64,000 bases of DNA from Bacteroidales bacterium (GTDB taxonomy: Bacteria > Bacteroidota > Bacteroidia > Bacteroidales > VadinHA17), in NCBI GenBank assembly GCA_025358455.1, contig JANYJP010000033.1, positions 225 to 64,224 of the forward strand. The letters run 5' to 3'. Position 1 is the stretch's first letter. Every line of letters starts with the position of its first letter. Positions 10,175-20,416 of the stretch are shown in pieces. The position numbers were made by a program, and so were the translations under genes. The notes beneath the pieces are model-generated. The model did not search any database, was not told the DNA's origin, and was given only the letters and a program-made list of their open reading frames with translations.

Positions 10175-12070
10175 TCAATATCTGACGCCAATTAATGTAA
10201 CATCATCAACCTGGGGATTGTCACCGCGCCATTCCTCAAAGATCTCATTTAATTTCTCGCCCTGCTGAAGCATCGGCTTACCAGCCATTTCAACCAGAAC
10301 CTCTCTAAGCTGAGCTGACATAAATTTCTTTTCCTTAGGGCCTCCAAACTGATCCGAGAATCCATCTGAGAAAATATAAAATGCATCGCCTTTCTGAAGG
10401 TCTATTTCATGAAGGGTGAATGGTCCCATTTTATAATGAATTGCCACAGGCATCTTATCAGCCCTGTAATGAGTAAGCTCTTTACCTCTGACTAGATACA
10501 GAGGGTTGTTGGCTCCTGAATACCACAGTTTATTTTTATCAAAATCAATCAGACAAACAGCTATATCCATCCCGTCTTTTATGCTATCTTCTTCAGCCAC
10601 TTGTTTTAATGATTTGATGATTCCCTGACGGAGGTTTTCGATTATCTGGTCGGGCATAATTATATGTTTCCCATTAACAATCTCATTAAGCATCGTAACG
10701 CCCAGCATGCTCATAAATGCGCCCGGAACGCCGTGACCTGTACAGTCGGCTGATATTATTACCTGAAGGTTCCCCGGTGCGCTTACCCAGTAAAAGTCCC
10801 CGCTGACTATTGCCAGGGGTTTATATATTACAAAATGTTCAAGGTTATCACTGAACAGTTCAAGCGAAGGTATAAGCGCTGTTTGGATTCTCTTGGCATA
10901 CAGAATACTGTCAGTAATGTGTTTTTTCTGATAGGCAATCTGATCACGCTGTGCGGCAGCCAGATCGCGTTGCTGTTCAATTTCATCCTTTTGCATTGAT
11001 ATAGTCCTGTTCTTTTCCTCAAGCCGGATATTAGCCTCTTTCTTAATTTTATATCCCCTGTAGATATAGTAGCCAAGAAAACTTACAAGGAGTAATGCGA
11101 AAAGAACAAAATAGAGTATGAGTTTTTGCTTTTCAATTGCTTCCAGCTGCACCTTTATCTTACTATCCTGTTCGGAAATCTTTTTAAGCTGATCATCCAA
11201 AAGAGCCAGCTGTATGGTTATCTTACTTTTCTGGTTAGTCAGGGTATCTTTCTGTACCTGCACTTCTTTCTGCTGAATAACTATTGTCTGTTTCTGGACA
11301 GATATTTCACCCTGTTGTTTCCCTATCTGAACAAATTGTCTGTCAAGAACTTTTTGCTTTTCAGCCAGTGTTCTTTCTTTGATGTTAATTTCCTGGTTTA
11401 GGCTGTCAAGATGTGCTTTCTGACGAAGTATTTCTTCCTTTTGAACGGTTATTTTTTCAAGCTGCAGGCGGATGGTATCCCTCTGTATAATTATCTGTTC
11501 GTTTGCCTTACCAAAAAGATTTTCCCAGTCTTCCTTGGTCTTAATAGCCTGAGTAAGCATATTGGAATTAACTTTCATCCCGGCCTTATTGATCATATCT
11601 TCATTAACACCATATTTAGGCATCTGCCCTTCCACCCCCATAAAATTTATCATCGATTCCCTGAATTCATACCCTTCCGTCATAAGCAGTGTCTGATGTC
11701 CTTCAAGCTTTGCTTTAACTTTGCTCAGGTTGAAACCGCTCGCTTTGTTTATATATAACAACTGTGTATGAAGAACCTGGTCCTCACTTCTGAAAACAAC
11801 CAGCTGCAGGGGCTTATCCTGAATTGTATTCCGGGTTTTAGCAAGATTTCCCATCTCCCAGAATAATTCAGATGTCTTGTCAAGAATCCCGATCTTGAAG
11901 ACCGCTGAATCAGCAAAACCCGGTCCGTAATCAATGTATTTTGCTATATCGAAAATAAAAACAGCTCTTGTTCCATTGTCTGTTCCACCTTGTCCATACG
12001 TTTTACCGAATAATAAAATCAGTACCAGAGAAAGGACAGTAACTTTGATAATGCGAGTCTTGTTAAACAT
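10175..12070 (-). CDS. Membrane-bound PP2C/SpoIIE-family phosphatase with an N-terminal YfiR-like (DUF4154) domain and a long coiled coil
   Basis: 631 aa. Order of parts: signal sequence; DUF4154-like region (AVFIFDIAKYIDYG...LLMTEGYEFRESMINF...GVNEDMINKAGMKVNSNMLTQA); a Q/K-rich coiled coil; one TM (LILYFVLFALLLVSFLGYYIY); then SpoIIE motifs (VSGDFYW and ADCTGHGVPGAFMSM). Confidence 0.8.
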   Translation of the reverse strand: MFNKTRIIKVTVLSLVLILLFGKTYGQGGTDNGTRAVFIFDIAKYIDYGPGFADSAVFKIGILDKTSELFWEMGNLAKTRNTIQDKPLQLVVFRSEDQVLHTQLLYINKASGFNLSKVKAKLEGHQTLLMTEGYEFRESMINFMGVEGQMPKYGVNEDMINKAGMKVNSNMLTQAIKTKEDWENLFGKANEQIIIQRDTIRLQLEKITVQKEEILRQKAHLDSLNQEINIKERTLAEKQKVLDRQFVQIGKQQGEISVQKQTIVIQQKEVQVQKDTLTNQKSKITIQLALLDDQLKKISEQDSKIKVQLEAIEKQKLILYFVLFALLLVSFLGYYIYRGYKIKKEANIRLEEKNRTISMQKDEIEQQRDLAAAQRDQIAYQKKHITDSILYAKRIQTALIPSLELFSDNLEHFVIYKPLAIVSGDFYWVSAPGNLQVIISADCTGHGVPGAFMSMLGVTMLNEIVNGKHIIMPDQIIENLRQGIIKSLKQVAEEDSIKDGMDIAVCLIDFDKNKLWYSGANNPLYLVRGKELTHYRADKMPVAIHYKMGPFTLHEIDLQKGDAFYIFSDGFSDQFGGPKEKKFMSAQLREVLVEMAGKPMLQQGEKLNEIFEEWRGDNPQVDDVTLIGVRY

Positions 12071-12239
12071 GCTTCTGTGGATTTGTTAATACGAAATTGC
12101 ACAATTAAATTCAGGAATCCAAATATCCGTTTAGCTGAATAAATCAAATGTGTTGATAAAATGTTAATAACTATGTCGCATTGTATGTTCGTGTTCTTCT
12201 TCTTATCGTAAATTTATACGAGTCTTTAGAAACCGCCAG

Positions 12240-12662
12240 ATGACCCTGAATATCAGTAACTTAGAACTAATGGGAATTAATATCGTAATTGTGGAAGATG
12301 ATCTTCCGTCAATAAAATATTACGAAACGCTTCTTAAAAATTCCGGCGTCAACCTTAAAATCTGTCGTACCGGAAAAGAATTCATTGATTATATAAATCA
12401 GGGTGAAATAAAAGTAGATCTGGTATTTATGGATTTTCTTATCCCATTGATTAATGGTATTGAATGTATAAGGTTTTTCAGAAAAGAGAGAAAGAATACC
12501 CCTGTGATAATGATTACGGCATACTCATCGGAACAGGCCAAAACCGAGGCTTATATTGCAGGCTGCACCGAGTATGTATTAAAACCTATATATCCTGAAA
12601 AAATCTTTTTCCTGATAGATAAATACCTCAAGACAAGAACGGCCGTTCCACTTTCATACTGA
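12240..12662 (+). CDS. Stand-alone response-regulator receiver domain protein
   Basis: 140 aa with IVIVEDD, the phospho-acceptor context VFMDFLIP, MITAY and LKP. There is no output domain. The start could be the internal Met at 12270. Confidence 0.8.
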   Translation: MTLNISNLELMGINIVIVEDDLPSIKYYETLLKNSGVNLKICRTGKEFIDYINQGEIKVDLVFMDFLIPLINGIECIRFFRKERKNTPVIMITAYSSEQAKTEAYIAGCTEYVLKPIYPEKIFFLIDKYLKTRTAVPLSY

Positions 12663-12704
12663 CCATTTATTAAAAAGGTCTTCCCCCCTTCCTAAAAATA
12701 TATT

Positions 12705-12735
12705 AACCACAGAGTTACACGGTTTTTTTCACCCC
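12705..12735. repeat. Module related to the insert of the long GC-rich element
   Basis: AACCACAGAGTTACACGGTTTTTTTCACCCC resembles 29460-29490 AACCACAGGATGTAACTGAGTTTTTTCCCCT. They share an 8-mer, a T-run and a CCCC tract in the same order. It lies between convergent genes. Confidence 0.4.
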
Positions 12736-12749
12736 TTATTCCTTAAATC

Positions 12750-15700
12750 CTATTTTGCAGGAGATTGTACAATTTTCACATAGTCAGCGTAATAGCTTTC
12801 CAGCTTCTTTGTTATCTCATCACCCATTTCCGGCTTACCATATGTAGAACAGGCATTGGCAACTCTTGAAGTATACTGAATAGCCGTTTGTATCTCATAC
12901 TCAGCAGAATTGATTATATAACGATTCTGTTTAAGGTAGTAGTTAAGGTGCGAATAATAATAATCACAAAATGCTTTTGTCATTTCAACAGCTTTATCTG
13001 TTGCCCCTGCATCAAAATATGCTTCAATTATATCTGACATATACTGATCATATGGGATCTTTTCAAGAGGAAGGACCTTCATACAATAATCAAGTACTTC
13101 GAGGGCTTTATCTTTCTTACCCTCAGCAGTAAGCGCTTTTGAAAGCCTGGCATAATTCAGTCTGGCTTTGATAACAATAATTGTGCGTTTATGGTTATAG
13201 TCAATATCAACGCTTTTTGTACTGGCTCCCTTCCACACGAATTTTTTCATCATATTCTCGTACAAAATGTCTGTATTAATACGGCCATATTCAAACCGGT
13301 TTTTATTCTCCGCTTTAATCGGAACCAATCGGAAAGCGAGTCCCTCAAGCTGAAAATATTCCTCGAGTCCCATTGCATCACTAGTATAACCGGTAACGAA
13401 ATAAACAGGGCGTTCCCATTTATTATGAGCCAGGATATCAAGCACCAGAAGCTGACTTTTGAGAATAGAATTACCTTTCAACTTAATGTCTATATAAGGA
13501 ACAATCTTGTCTTTATCTTCCGGTCTAACAGTTCCTGAGGCTATAACTTTAGCAGCATCGACAGGTATTCTGATAGTTCTTGAAGGTATGATATCCAGCA
13601 TTTCCAAGGTTGAAACCTGTACTTTAGTTCCCTTATTCTCGCTGTTAACCCAATCTATTATCGTAGATATATCAACAGGATCCTTTGTCTTTTCAACTAT
13701 GAAAACCTGGTTATTGATTCCGTCGTAGTATTTTTTTATTGGAAGTGTAATTGGAAGAGGAGCAGATTTATTGGCTGTTACTTTCATCTGGTCAATATAC
13801 CAGTCGGTATTCAAGAGCATAAGATTGCAGACCCTTATATCAGTCCTGTTTCCTTCAACTTCCTGGTCATACCAGAGAGGGAAGGTGTCATTATCCCCAT
13901 TTGTAAAAAGTATCGCATTTGGAGCACAGGAGTTAAGATAGTCTGACGCTACATCTCTTGTGAGGTAACGTCCTGATCGGTCGTGGTCATTCCAGCCTTC
14001 CGATCCCATAACGGCCGGAACCGCGATAAAGCATAATATTCCGGCAACAGGAGCAGCAATTTTTTCGCTTAGTACTTTTGATAGTCCTTCAAAAACGGCA
14101 AGAACCCCCAATCCTATCCACACCGCGAAAAAGTAGAACGACCCGGCATAGGCATAGTCCCTTTCCCTGGGCTGGTTCGGAGATTGATTAAGGTAAATAA
14201 CAATTGCAAGACCCGTCATAAAAAAGAGCAGCATAATTATTCCCCAATTCCTTTTATCACGGTTTAAGTGATAGAACATTCCGGCCATGCCGAGAATGAA
14301 CGGCAAAAGGTAATATTTGTTTCTCGATGGATCGTTTTTGAGATCCGCTGGCAGGTCGGAAGTTCCAAGCCGGGGTTCATCCAGAAACTTAATACCGGTA
14401 ATCCAGTTACCGTTAACAGCCCCCCCTGTTCCCTGTGTATCATTTTGTTTCCCGGAAAAGTTCCACATGAAGTATCTGAAATACAAATATCCGAACTGAT
14501 ATGAGAACATAAACCGCAGGTTCTCCCCAAAAGTGGGACGTTTGACAACCTTTTTCTGTCCTTCAGGATCGGTAACCTGTACCGGCGTGCCACGCACCTT
14601 TCCCCACTGTTCATAAACATCCTGATGATCGCTTGCATCGCTCCACATCCTTGGAAAAACCGTTAAAAATCTTGGATCAAATACTCGTTCCAACTCATGA
14701 CCCGTAATTATATACTTCCCTTTCTCGAGTGCATATTTAGGTTTCCCCTCCTTATAATCTGTAACGGGAGCATTGTAATATTGTCCGTAAAATAAGGGTC
14801 GTGAGCCATATTGTTCGCGATTCAGAAAATAAAGAAGATTAACCGGATTTGAAGGGTTATTCTCATTCAACGGTGTATTTGCTGAAGATCTGATAAGTAT
14901 AATAGCATTAGATGAATAGCCAATGAGAATAACCGTTATAACAGTTAACGCGGTATTCAGTACCGCCCTGTTTTTTTGAGCCAGATACCAGGCTAATCCC
15001 GATACAAGAATTAGCACCATGATATTCAATAATGCTGAACCTGAAACGATCCAGATACCAACAAAGAACAGCACAGCTATTGCAAAGACAGCGTTCCTTG
15101 TTTTATTGTCTGAAATTAATGTGAACCTGACTGCCAGTACCAGCAGAGCAGCAAGAGCGATCATATGAAAGATCATTCCGCTGTTGGGAGGAAGTCCGAG
15201 GGTATTTACGAAGAATAAATCCAATTTCAACGAAATAATCACAACTCCCGGCATAATTCCATACATCAGGAGTGCAAGAACTCCCAGGGAAGTGACCAGT
15301 GAAATAAGGAAGCTTTTCCACGAAAACTCAAATTTCTTAAAATAATAAACAAGTACAATTGCCGGAATGGCAAGCAGATTTAAAAGATGAACTCCAATGG
15401 AAAGGCCCATAAGGAATGCAATAAGAATAATCCATCTGTCGGCATATTTTTCTTCTGCAACATCCTCCCACTTGAGTATTGCCCAGAAAACTATTGCTGT
15501 AAAAAAAGACGAGGATGCATACACTTCGCCCTCCACAGCTGAAAACCAGAATGAGTCAGAAAAGTTATACGCTATAGCACCAACTATACCGGCAGCCATA
15601 ACTGCAATGATCCGTCCAATACTATATTGATCTTCATTCCTGAGGATAATTTTTCTGGCCAGATGCGTGATAGTCCAGAAAAGGAAAAGTATGGAAAACG

Positions 15701-15962
15701 CACTTGCAAGAGCTGACATTGAATTGACCATGGCAGCAACTTTTGTTACATTGCCTCCTGCAAAAAGAGAGAAGAAACGCGCCATAACCATAAAAACCGG
15801 ATTTCCCGGAGGGTGGCCGACTTCAAGCTTAAATCCTGAAGCAATGAACTCGCCACAATCCCAAAGACTGGCTGTAGGTTCAATAGTCATAAGGTAGGTA
15901 AAAGCGGCTATAGCAAAAACTAACCACCCTGTTATATTGTTTATGCGTTTGTAATTCCTCAT
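12750..15962 (-). CDS. DUF2723 (TMEM260-like, GT-C-fold) large polytopic membrane protein
   Basis: 1070 aa. The N-terminus ...TYLMTIEPTASLWDCGEFIASGFKLEVGHPPGNPVFMV is the DUF2723 signature as I know it. It has many TMs and a large C-terminal soluble, helical-repeat-like region. Confidence 0.8.
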   Translation of the reverse strand: MRNYKRINNITGWLVFAIAAFTYLMTIEPTASLWDCGEFIASGFKLEVGHPPGNPVFMVMARFFSLFAGGNVTKVAAMVNSMSALASAFSILFLFWTITHLARKIILRNEDQYSIGRIIAVMAAGIVGAIAYNFSDSFWFSAVEGEVYASSSFFTAIVFWAILKWEDVAEEKYADRWIILIAFLMGLSIGVHLLNLLAIPAIVLVYYFKKFEFSWKSFLISLVTSLGVLALLMYGIMPGVVIISLKLDLFFVNTLGLPPNSGMIFHMIALAALLVLAVRFTLISDNKTRNAVFAIAVLFFVGIWIVSGSALLNIMVLILVSGLAWYLAQKNRAVLNTALTVITVILIGYSSNAIILIRSSANTPLNENNPSNPVNLLYFLNREQYGSRPLFYGQYYNAPVTDYKEGKPKYALEKGKYIITGHELERVFDPRFLTVFPRMWSDASDHQDVYEQWGKVRGTPVQVTDPEGQKKVVKRPTFGENLRFMFSYQFGYLYFRYFMWNFSGKQNDTQGTGGAVNGNWITGIKFLDEPRLGTSDLPADLKNDPSRNKYYLLPFILGMAGMFYHLNRDKRNWGIIMLLFFMTGLAIVIYLNQSPNQPRERDYAYAGSFYFFAVWIGLGVLAVFEGLSKVLSEKIAAPVAGILCFIAVPAVMGSEGWNDHDRSGRYLTRDVASDYLNSCAPNAILFTNGDNDTFPLWYDQEVEGNRTDIRVCNLMLLNTDWYIDQMKVTANKSAPLPITLPIKKYYDGINNQVFIVEKTKDPVDISTIIDWVNSENKGTKVQVSTLEMLDIIPSRTIRIPVDAAKVIASGTVRPEDKDKIVPYIDIKLKGNSILKSQLLVLDILAHNKWERPVYFVTGYTSDAMGLEEYFQLEGLAFRLVPIKAENKNRFEYGRINTDILYENMMKKFVWKGASTKSVDIDYNHKRTIIVIKARLNYARLSKALTAEGKKDKALEVLDYCMKVLPLEKIPYDQYMSDIIEAYFDAGATDKAVEMTKAFCDYYYSHLNYYLKQNRYIINSAEYEIQTAIQYTSRVANACSTYGKPEMGDEITKKLESYYADYVKIVQSPAK

Positions 15963-16064
15963 CCTAATAATTTTTTATTTGCATAATATTTTCAAAATAC
16001 CAGACGCCGAAATTACTTATTTTTTTCTAACTATCATCCGGGGCGCACAGCCCGCAATTTTTAC

Positions 16065-16072
16065 TAATTTTG
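16065..16072 (+). promoter_or_regulatory. -7 box TAATTTTG upstream of the peptidase/propeller gene
   Basis: Matches TAnnTTTG. It is too close (4 nt) to the ATG at 16077, which supports the start at 16089. Confidence 0.45.
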
Positions 16073-16088
16073 AGCAATGATCAGGAAA

Positions 16089-18983
16089 ATGAAATATATC
16101 CTTTCACTCATCTTCATAGTTCTCTTTATTCCGGTACAAATCGTCCCGGGGCAATACTATGACACAGGTCAGGATCCTTCTTCCCTGAAATGGATGCAGA
16201 TTAAAACCGCCCATTTCACTGTTATTTATCCTGAGAAATATGGTTCGGGAGGAAAAGCTTTTGCGGAATCTCTTGATCAGGCATATTCAAAGCTTATCAA
16301 TCTTTTTCCGGAAAAGAAAGTAAAAATACCTGTAATAATACACAGCTACTCCACGCAATCTAACGGTTACGTATCATGGGCGCCAAAGCGAATGGAAATA
16401 TATCCGACACCTGAGCAGAACACAATCCCTCTTGACGCCAACAAGCAACTTGCTGTACATGAACTCACTCATGTTTTCCAGATGGTATCGATAAACAAAG
16501 GGTTTTCAAAAGTTATGTCGGTTTTTTTCGGCGAACAGTTTACCGGTATTGTTTCTTCATTACTTCCTCTCTGGCTCCTGGAAGGCGATGCTGTTTTTAC
16601 CGAGTCATTCCTTACTGAATCAGGGAGGGGACGTACTCCTTCTTTTCAAAAACAACTTAAAGCATTGGTTGTAGAGAACAAGACTTTATATAAATACGAC
16701 AAAAGTCTGAACGGATCATTCAGGAACTTCGTGCCGGATCATTATCAGTCAGGTTATCAGATGGTAACCTGGGCGCTTGCAAAATATGATCCAATGATCT
16801 GGAACAAAGTATTTCAATTTACAGGAGAAGAGCCCTTTACACTTAACCCTGTAAATATAAGTCTTACAAAGAGTGCCAGGCTGACAAAGAAAAAATTATA
16901 CCAGGAGACATTTGACACGCTTAAAACCATCTGGACCAAAGAAATTTCAGATGAGAAGGATATTAAATATGAATCCCTTAACCCGGACAAGCATGAAAAA
17001 TATATTAATTATTACTCTCCTGTCTTCGCAGGAACCGATAGTATAATTGCTGTTAAAACCTCCCTGTCCGCCCCTCCTGAATTTGTCTTAATAAACCCGT
17101 CAAAAAAATCAGAAAATAAAATACATATACCCGGACAAATGTATCCATGGTTCATTTCATATTCAAAGGGGAACCTCGTCTGGGTTGAAAAGAAGATCGA
17201 TACCAGGTGGGAGAACAGAGATTACTCTGTTATTAAAATCCTGAATCTCGGCAACAGACAAACAAGGAGTTTATCACATAAATCAAGATACCTGTCGGCG
17301 TCTATTTCCCCTGATGGACATACAATCAGTGCAACAGAAAATACTACCGGTAACGTTAATAATCTTGTTTTTCTTGATGCAGTAACCGGAAACATACTGC
17401 TATCCGTGTCACCGCCCGGAAATGTTTATCTTCAGCATCCGCAATGGTCAGAAAAAGGAGACAGGATCACTTTTATTTATTTAGCTGAAGGGGGAGAAGG
17501 AATTTTGTCGTACACTTTAGCAAACCATAAATGGGAAACTCTTATTAAAACAGGAAAAGAAGATCTTCAGTCATCTGTCGTGAGAAATGATTCTTTGTTT
17601 TTTATAAGCTCAATATCAGGCACTGACAATGTTTACCTCAAGACCCCTGAAAATAAGGTTAAACAATTAACCAGGTCCCGATTCGGAACCACTGATCTTT
17701 TTATACGCGGGAATAAGGTTTTTTTCAGCGACTATTCCTCCCTGGGAAATACCATATGCAGTACCAGAATACCATCTGTATCAGGGACCCCCATAAATAT
17801 CAGCCCCACTTCTTTATTGATTAACCGTATTGACATTAAACAAAAACCAACTGAAAAAACTTCATCAAATATTTACACACCAGAACCTTACAGAAAATGG
17901 CAGCATTTGTTCAGGTTTCATAGCTGGATGCCATTCTATGTGGATATTGAACAAATCAAAGCAGATCCCACGGCTATCAGACCCGGAGTATCAATATTGA
18001 CGCAGAATAGTCTGAGCGCCCTGACTTCAACAATCGGATATGAATACTCAAAAGAAAAAAACCATGTAATTCATTCCAGAGTTACCTGGAAAGGATGGTA
18101 TCCGGTAATCGAATCTCAACTCGATTATGGTAATAACCCGCTGATATCCACTGCAGGTGAATCTGTAGGATCTCCTTCAATAGTACAACCCGGATTAAGA
18201 TTCTCTAATACAATTTCTTTGCCTTTCAGTTTTTCATCAGGCCGTTTCTTTGAATTTCTCCGTCCGTTGGTTACCACGGAATATGTTAATAATTACGTAT
18301 ATATCAAAGATAAGGGAATATATGATTATGGGCAGACCATACTTTCAGGAAGGTTGTTTTTTTCAAATTACAGCGTTTCCGCTTTACGGGATATTTATCC
18401 AAGATGGGCCCAGATAATCGACCTGAATTACACTTTTGCTCCGTTTGATAAGAATATTTACGGATCAGAGACATCACTTAAAACGTCGTTTTATTTCCCA
18501 GGAATATTACCCAACAATGGAATTAAAATCAGGTATGAAACGGAGAAACAAAACCCCTCAATATTTCTTTTTGGCAGCGGCATCTCCTTCCCACGCGGTT
18601 ATAAAAATATCCTCTCCTCTAATCTCAATTTTTTCTCGATGGATTATGTTTTCCCGGTTGCATATCCCGATTTCAATATTTCAAGTCTCTTGTACATGAA
18701 AAGGATCCGGACGGGATTCTTCTATGATTATGCCTCAGGAACAGGTAATTACTATATCAACACAGCTGTTAACGGCACTCCGTCAAATTATTTTCATAAT
18801 TATAATGAAATTTTCAAATCATTTGGTATTGAACTGATGGCAGATTTTCATGTTCTGAGGATTCCATTTATGATATCCGGTGGAATTCGTAGTTCCTGGA
18901 AACAGATAAGTGAAAAGCCTGTTCTGGAGCTCTTGTTCAACATCGACTTATTCGGACTTACAATCGGGAAAAGACAATTATAA
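16089..18983 (+). CDS. Secreted multi-domain protein: MA-clan (HExxH...E) peptidase-like N-domain, TolB/PD40-like beta-propeller repeats, and a C-terminal beta-rich region that may be a barrel
   Basis: The ORF-track start at 16077 lies only 4 nt after a TAATTTTG -7 box, so the ATG at 16089 (MKYILSLIFIVLF signal peptide) is preferred. Peptidase-like motif: HELTHVFQ...LWLLEGDAVFTE. Propeller-like repeats: SPDGHTISA and SEKGDRITFIY. Confidence 0.5.
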   Translation: MKYILSLIFIVLFIPVQIVPGQYYDTGQDPSSLKWMQIKTAHFTVIYPEKYGSGGKAFAESLDQAYSKLINLFPEKKVKIPVIIHSYSTQSNGYVSWAPKRMEIYPTPEQNTIPLDANKQLAVHELTHVFQMVSINKGFSKVMSVFFGEQFTGIVSSLLPLWLLEGDAVFTESFLTESGRGRTPSFQKQLKALVVENKTLYKYDKSLNGSFRNFVPDHYQSGYQMVTWALAKYDPMIWNKVFQFTGEEPFTLNPVNISLTKSARLTKKKLYQETFDTLKTIWTKEISDEKDIKYESLNPDKHEKYINYYSPVFAGTDSIIAVKTSLSAPPEFVLINPSKKSENKIHIPGQMYPWFISYSKGNLVWVEKKIDTRWENRDYSVIKILNLGNRQTRSLSHKSRYLSASISPDGHTISATENTTGNVNNLVFLDAVTGNILLSVSPPGNVYLQHPQWSEKGDRITFIYLAEGGEGILSYTLANHKWETLIKTGKEDLQSSVVRNDSLFFISSISGTDNVYLKTPENKVKQLTRSRFGTTDLFIRGNKVFFSDYSSLGNTICSTRIPSVSGTPINISPTSLLINRIDIKQKPTEKTSSNIYTPEPYRKWQHLFRFHSWMPFYVDIEQIKADPTAIRPGVSILTQNSLSALTSTIGYEYSKEKNHVIHSRVTWKGWYPVIESQLDYGNNPLISTAGESVGSPSIVQPGLRFSNTISLPFSFSSGRFFEFLRPLVTTEYVNNYVYIKDKGIYDYGQTILSGRLFFSNYSVSALRDIYPRWAQIIDLNYTFAPFDKNIYGSETSLKTSFYFPGILPNNGIKIRYETEKQNPSIFLFGSGISFPRGYKNILSSNLNFFSMDYVFPVAYPDFNISSLLYMKRIRTGFFYDYASGTGNYYINTAVNGTPSNYFHNYNEIFKSFGIELMADFHVLRIPFMISGGIRSSWKQISEKPVLELLFNIDLFGLTIGKRQL

Positions 18984-18987
18984 TCAT

Positions 18988-20406
18988 TCAGGAGACTAAA
19001 CCACGAGCAGTTTTCATAATCAGCGCCCAGGCATTCTCAACATGTACGAGCGTTACATTTGTCTGAGCAGTTACCATCCTGAGCGTATATTTACCTTTTA
19101 ATACCGTATGACTCAGATAAATTTTACCCGAATCATTCAGCTGGTGATTCAGTTTTTCATTTAATGTATTCAGCTGCTCTTCGTTATACCCTTCAGGATT
19201 GAATCGGAAACAGACAACACTTATAATTACCGGAGCGAGTATTTCAAAGTCAGCTTCCTTTGAAATCATTACTGAGAGCTGAGAGGCAATCTTAATGTGG
19301 TATCTTACTTTTTCTCGAAGTCCTTCTGTACCAAAGGATCTGATAACGCTCCAAAGTTTAAGTGCCCTGAACCGCCTGCCGAGTGGAACACCCCAGTCCC
19401 TGTAATCATTAACCTTTCCTCTGGTTCTTGTATTCAGGTATTCGGGAAGAATCTCAAAGGTCTTGATCAATGTGCCGGCGTCCTTTACAAAGTATGCTGT
19501 ACAATCGAAATTGGTAAACATCCATTTATGAGGATTGAAAACAAAACTGTCGATATATTCTCTCCCGTCGAGCATCCATTGAAATTCGGGTAAAATGAGA
19601 GCAGTTCCGGCCATTGCAGCGTCAACATGAAGCCATATGTCATTTTCATGGCAGATCTCTCCGATTGCCCTTAAAGGATCAACAGAGGCGGTTCCTGTGG
19701 TACCGAGTGTTGCAACAACACAACAGGGGATAAATCCTTCCTTAATATCTTTTAAAATTTCCGCTTTAAGTTTTTCAGGATCCATTGAAAAATCATCTCT
19801 TACAGGGATCTTAACAAGGTTTTTCTTCCCGATACCACTTATTTTAACAGCTTTCTCAACAGAGGAATGGGTCTGATCTGAACAATAAACCCGAAGTGTT
19901 CCAGCATGTTCTGACCCATCAGAGTTAATTGAAAAACCGGTTGTTTTTTCTCTTGCCGTCAGAATTGCTGCAAGAGTAGCCGTTGAAGCGGAGTCCTGTA
20001 TTACTCCTTCAAACCCCGGTGGCAGACCGATCATATCCCTGAGCCAGTTCATCATCTTCTCTTCGAGCTCTGCAGCAGCCGGAGAGGTTTCCCAGATCAT
20101 GCACTGTGCCCCGAGAGTGGAAATGAGCATTTCTGCCAGTATCGACGACGGGCTGGTATTTGCCGGAAAATATGCGAAAAAATTAGGGTTTTGCCAGTGA
20201 GTTATTCCCGGCATAATTATCTCCTCAAAGTCCTTCATAAATGAGCTGAACGGTTCTGAGTCTGCAGGCGGGCTATCGGGTATTTTATTGAATATCTGAC
20301 CCGGGTTTACTAATGATCTTACCGGATAATTTTCAACATTTTCCAGGTAGTCTGCCATCCAGTCGGCAAGCTCATGGGCATGTTTACGGAATTCATCGGG
20401 TTTCAT
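18988..20406 (-). CDS. Pyridoxal-phosphate-dependent aromatic-L-amino-acid decarboxylase (group II, DDC/TDC-like)
   Basis: 472 aa. THWQNPNFFAYFPA corresponds to the DDC motif THWHSPYFFAYFP. The PLP-lysine motif is NPHKW. Confidence 0.85.
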   Translation of the reverse strand: MKPDEFRKHAHELADWMADYLENVENYPVRSLVNPGQIFNKIPDSPPADSEPFSSFMKDFEEIIMPGITHWQNPNFFAYFPANTSPSSILAEMLISTLGAQCMIWETSPAAAELEEKMMNWLRDMIGLPPGFEGVIQDSASTATLAAILTAREKTTGFSINSDGSEHAGTLRVYCSDQTHSSVEKAVKISGIGKKNLVKIPVRDDFSMDPEKLKAEILKDIKEGFIPCCVVATLGTTGTASVDPLRAIGEICHENDIWLHVDAAMAGTALILPEFQWMLDGREYIDSFVFNPHKWMFTNFDCTAYFVKDAGTLIKTFEILPEYLNTRTRGKVNDYRDWGVPLGRRFRALKLWSVIRSFGTEGLREKVRYHIKIASQLSVMISKEADFEILAPVIISVVCFRFNPEGYNEEQLNTLNEKLNHQLNDSGKIYLSHTVLKGKYTLRMVTAQTNVTLVHVENAWALIMKTARGLVS

Positions 20407-20416
20407 TCAGGTAATA

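Noticed and set aside
14264-14638. Alternative-frame ORFs (124 aa minus strand; 78 and 60 aa plus strand) inside the DUF2723 gene
   Set aside because: They are embedded in a long, well-supported coding frame and are Arg/Cys/Ser-rich out-of-frame translations.
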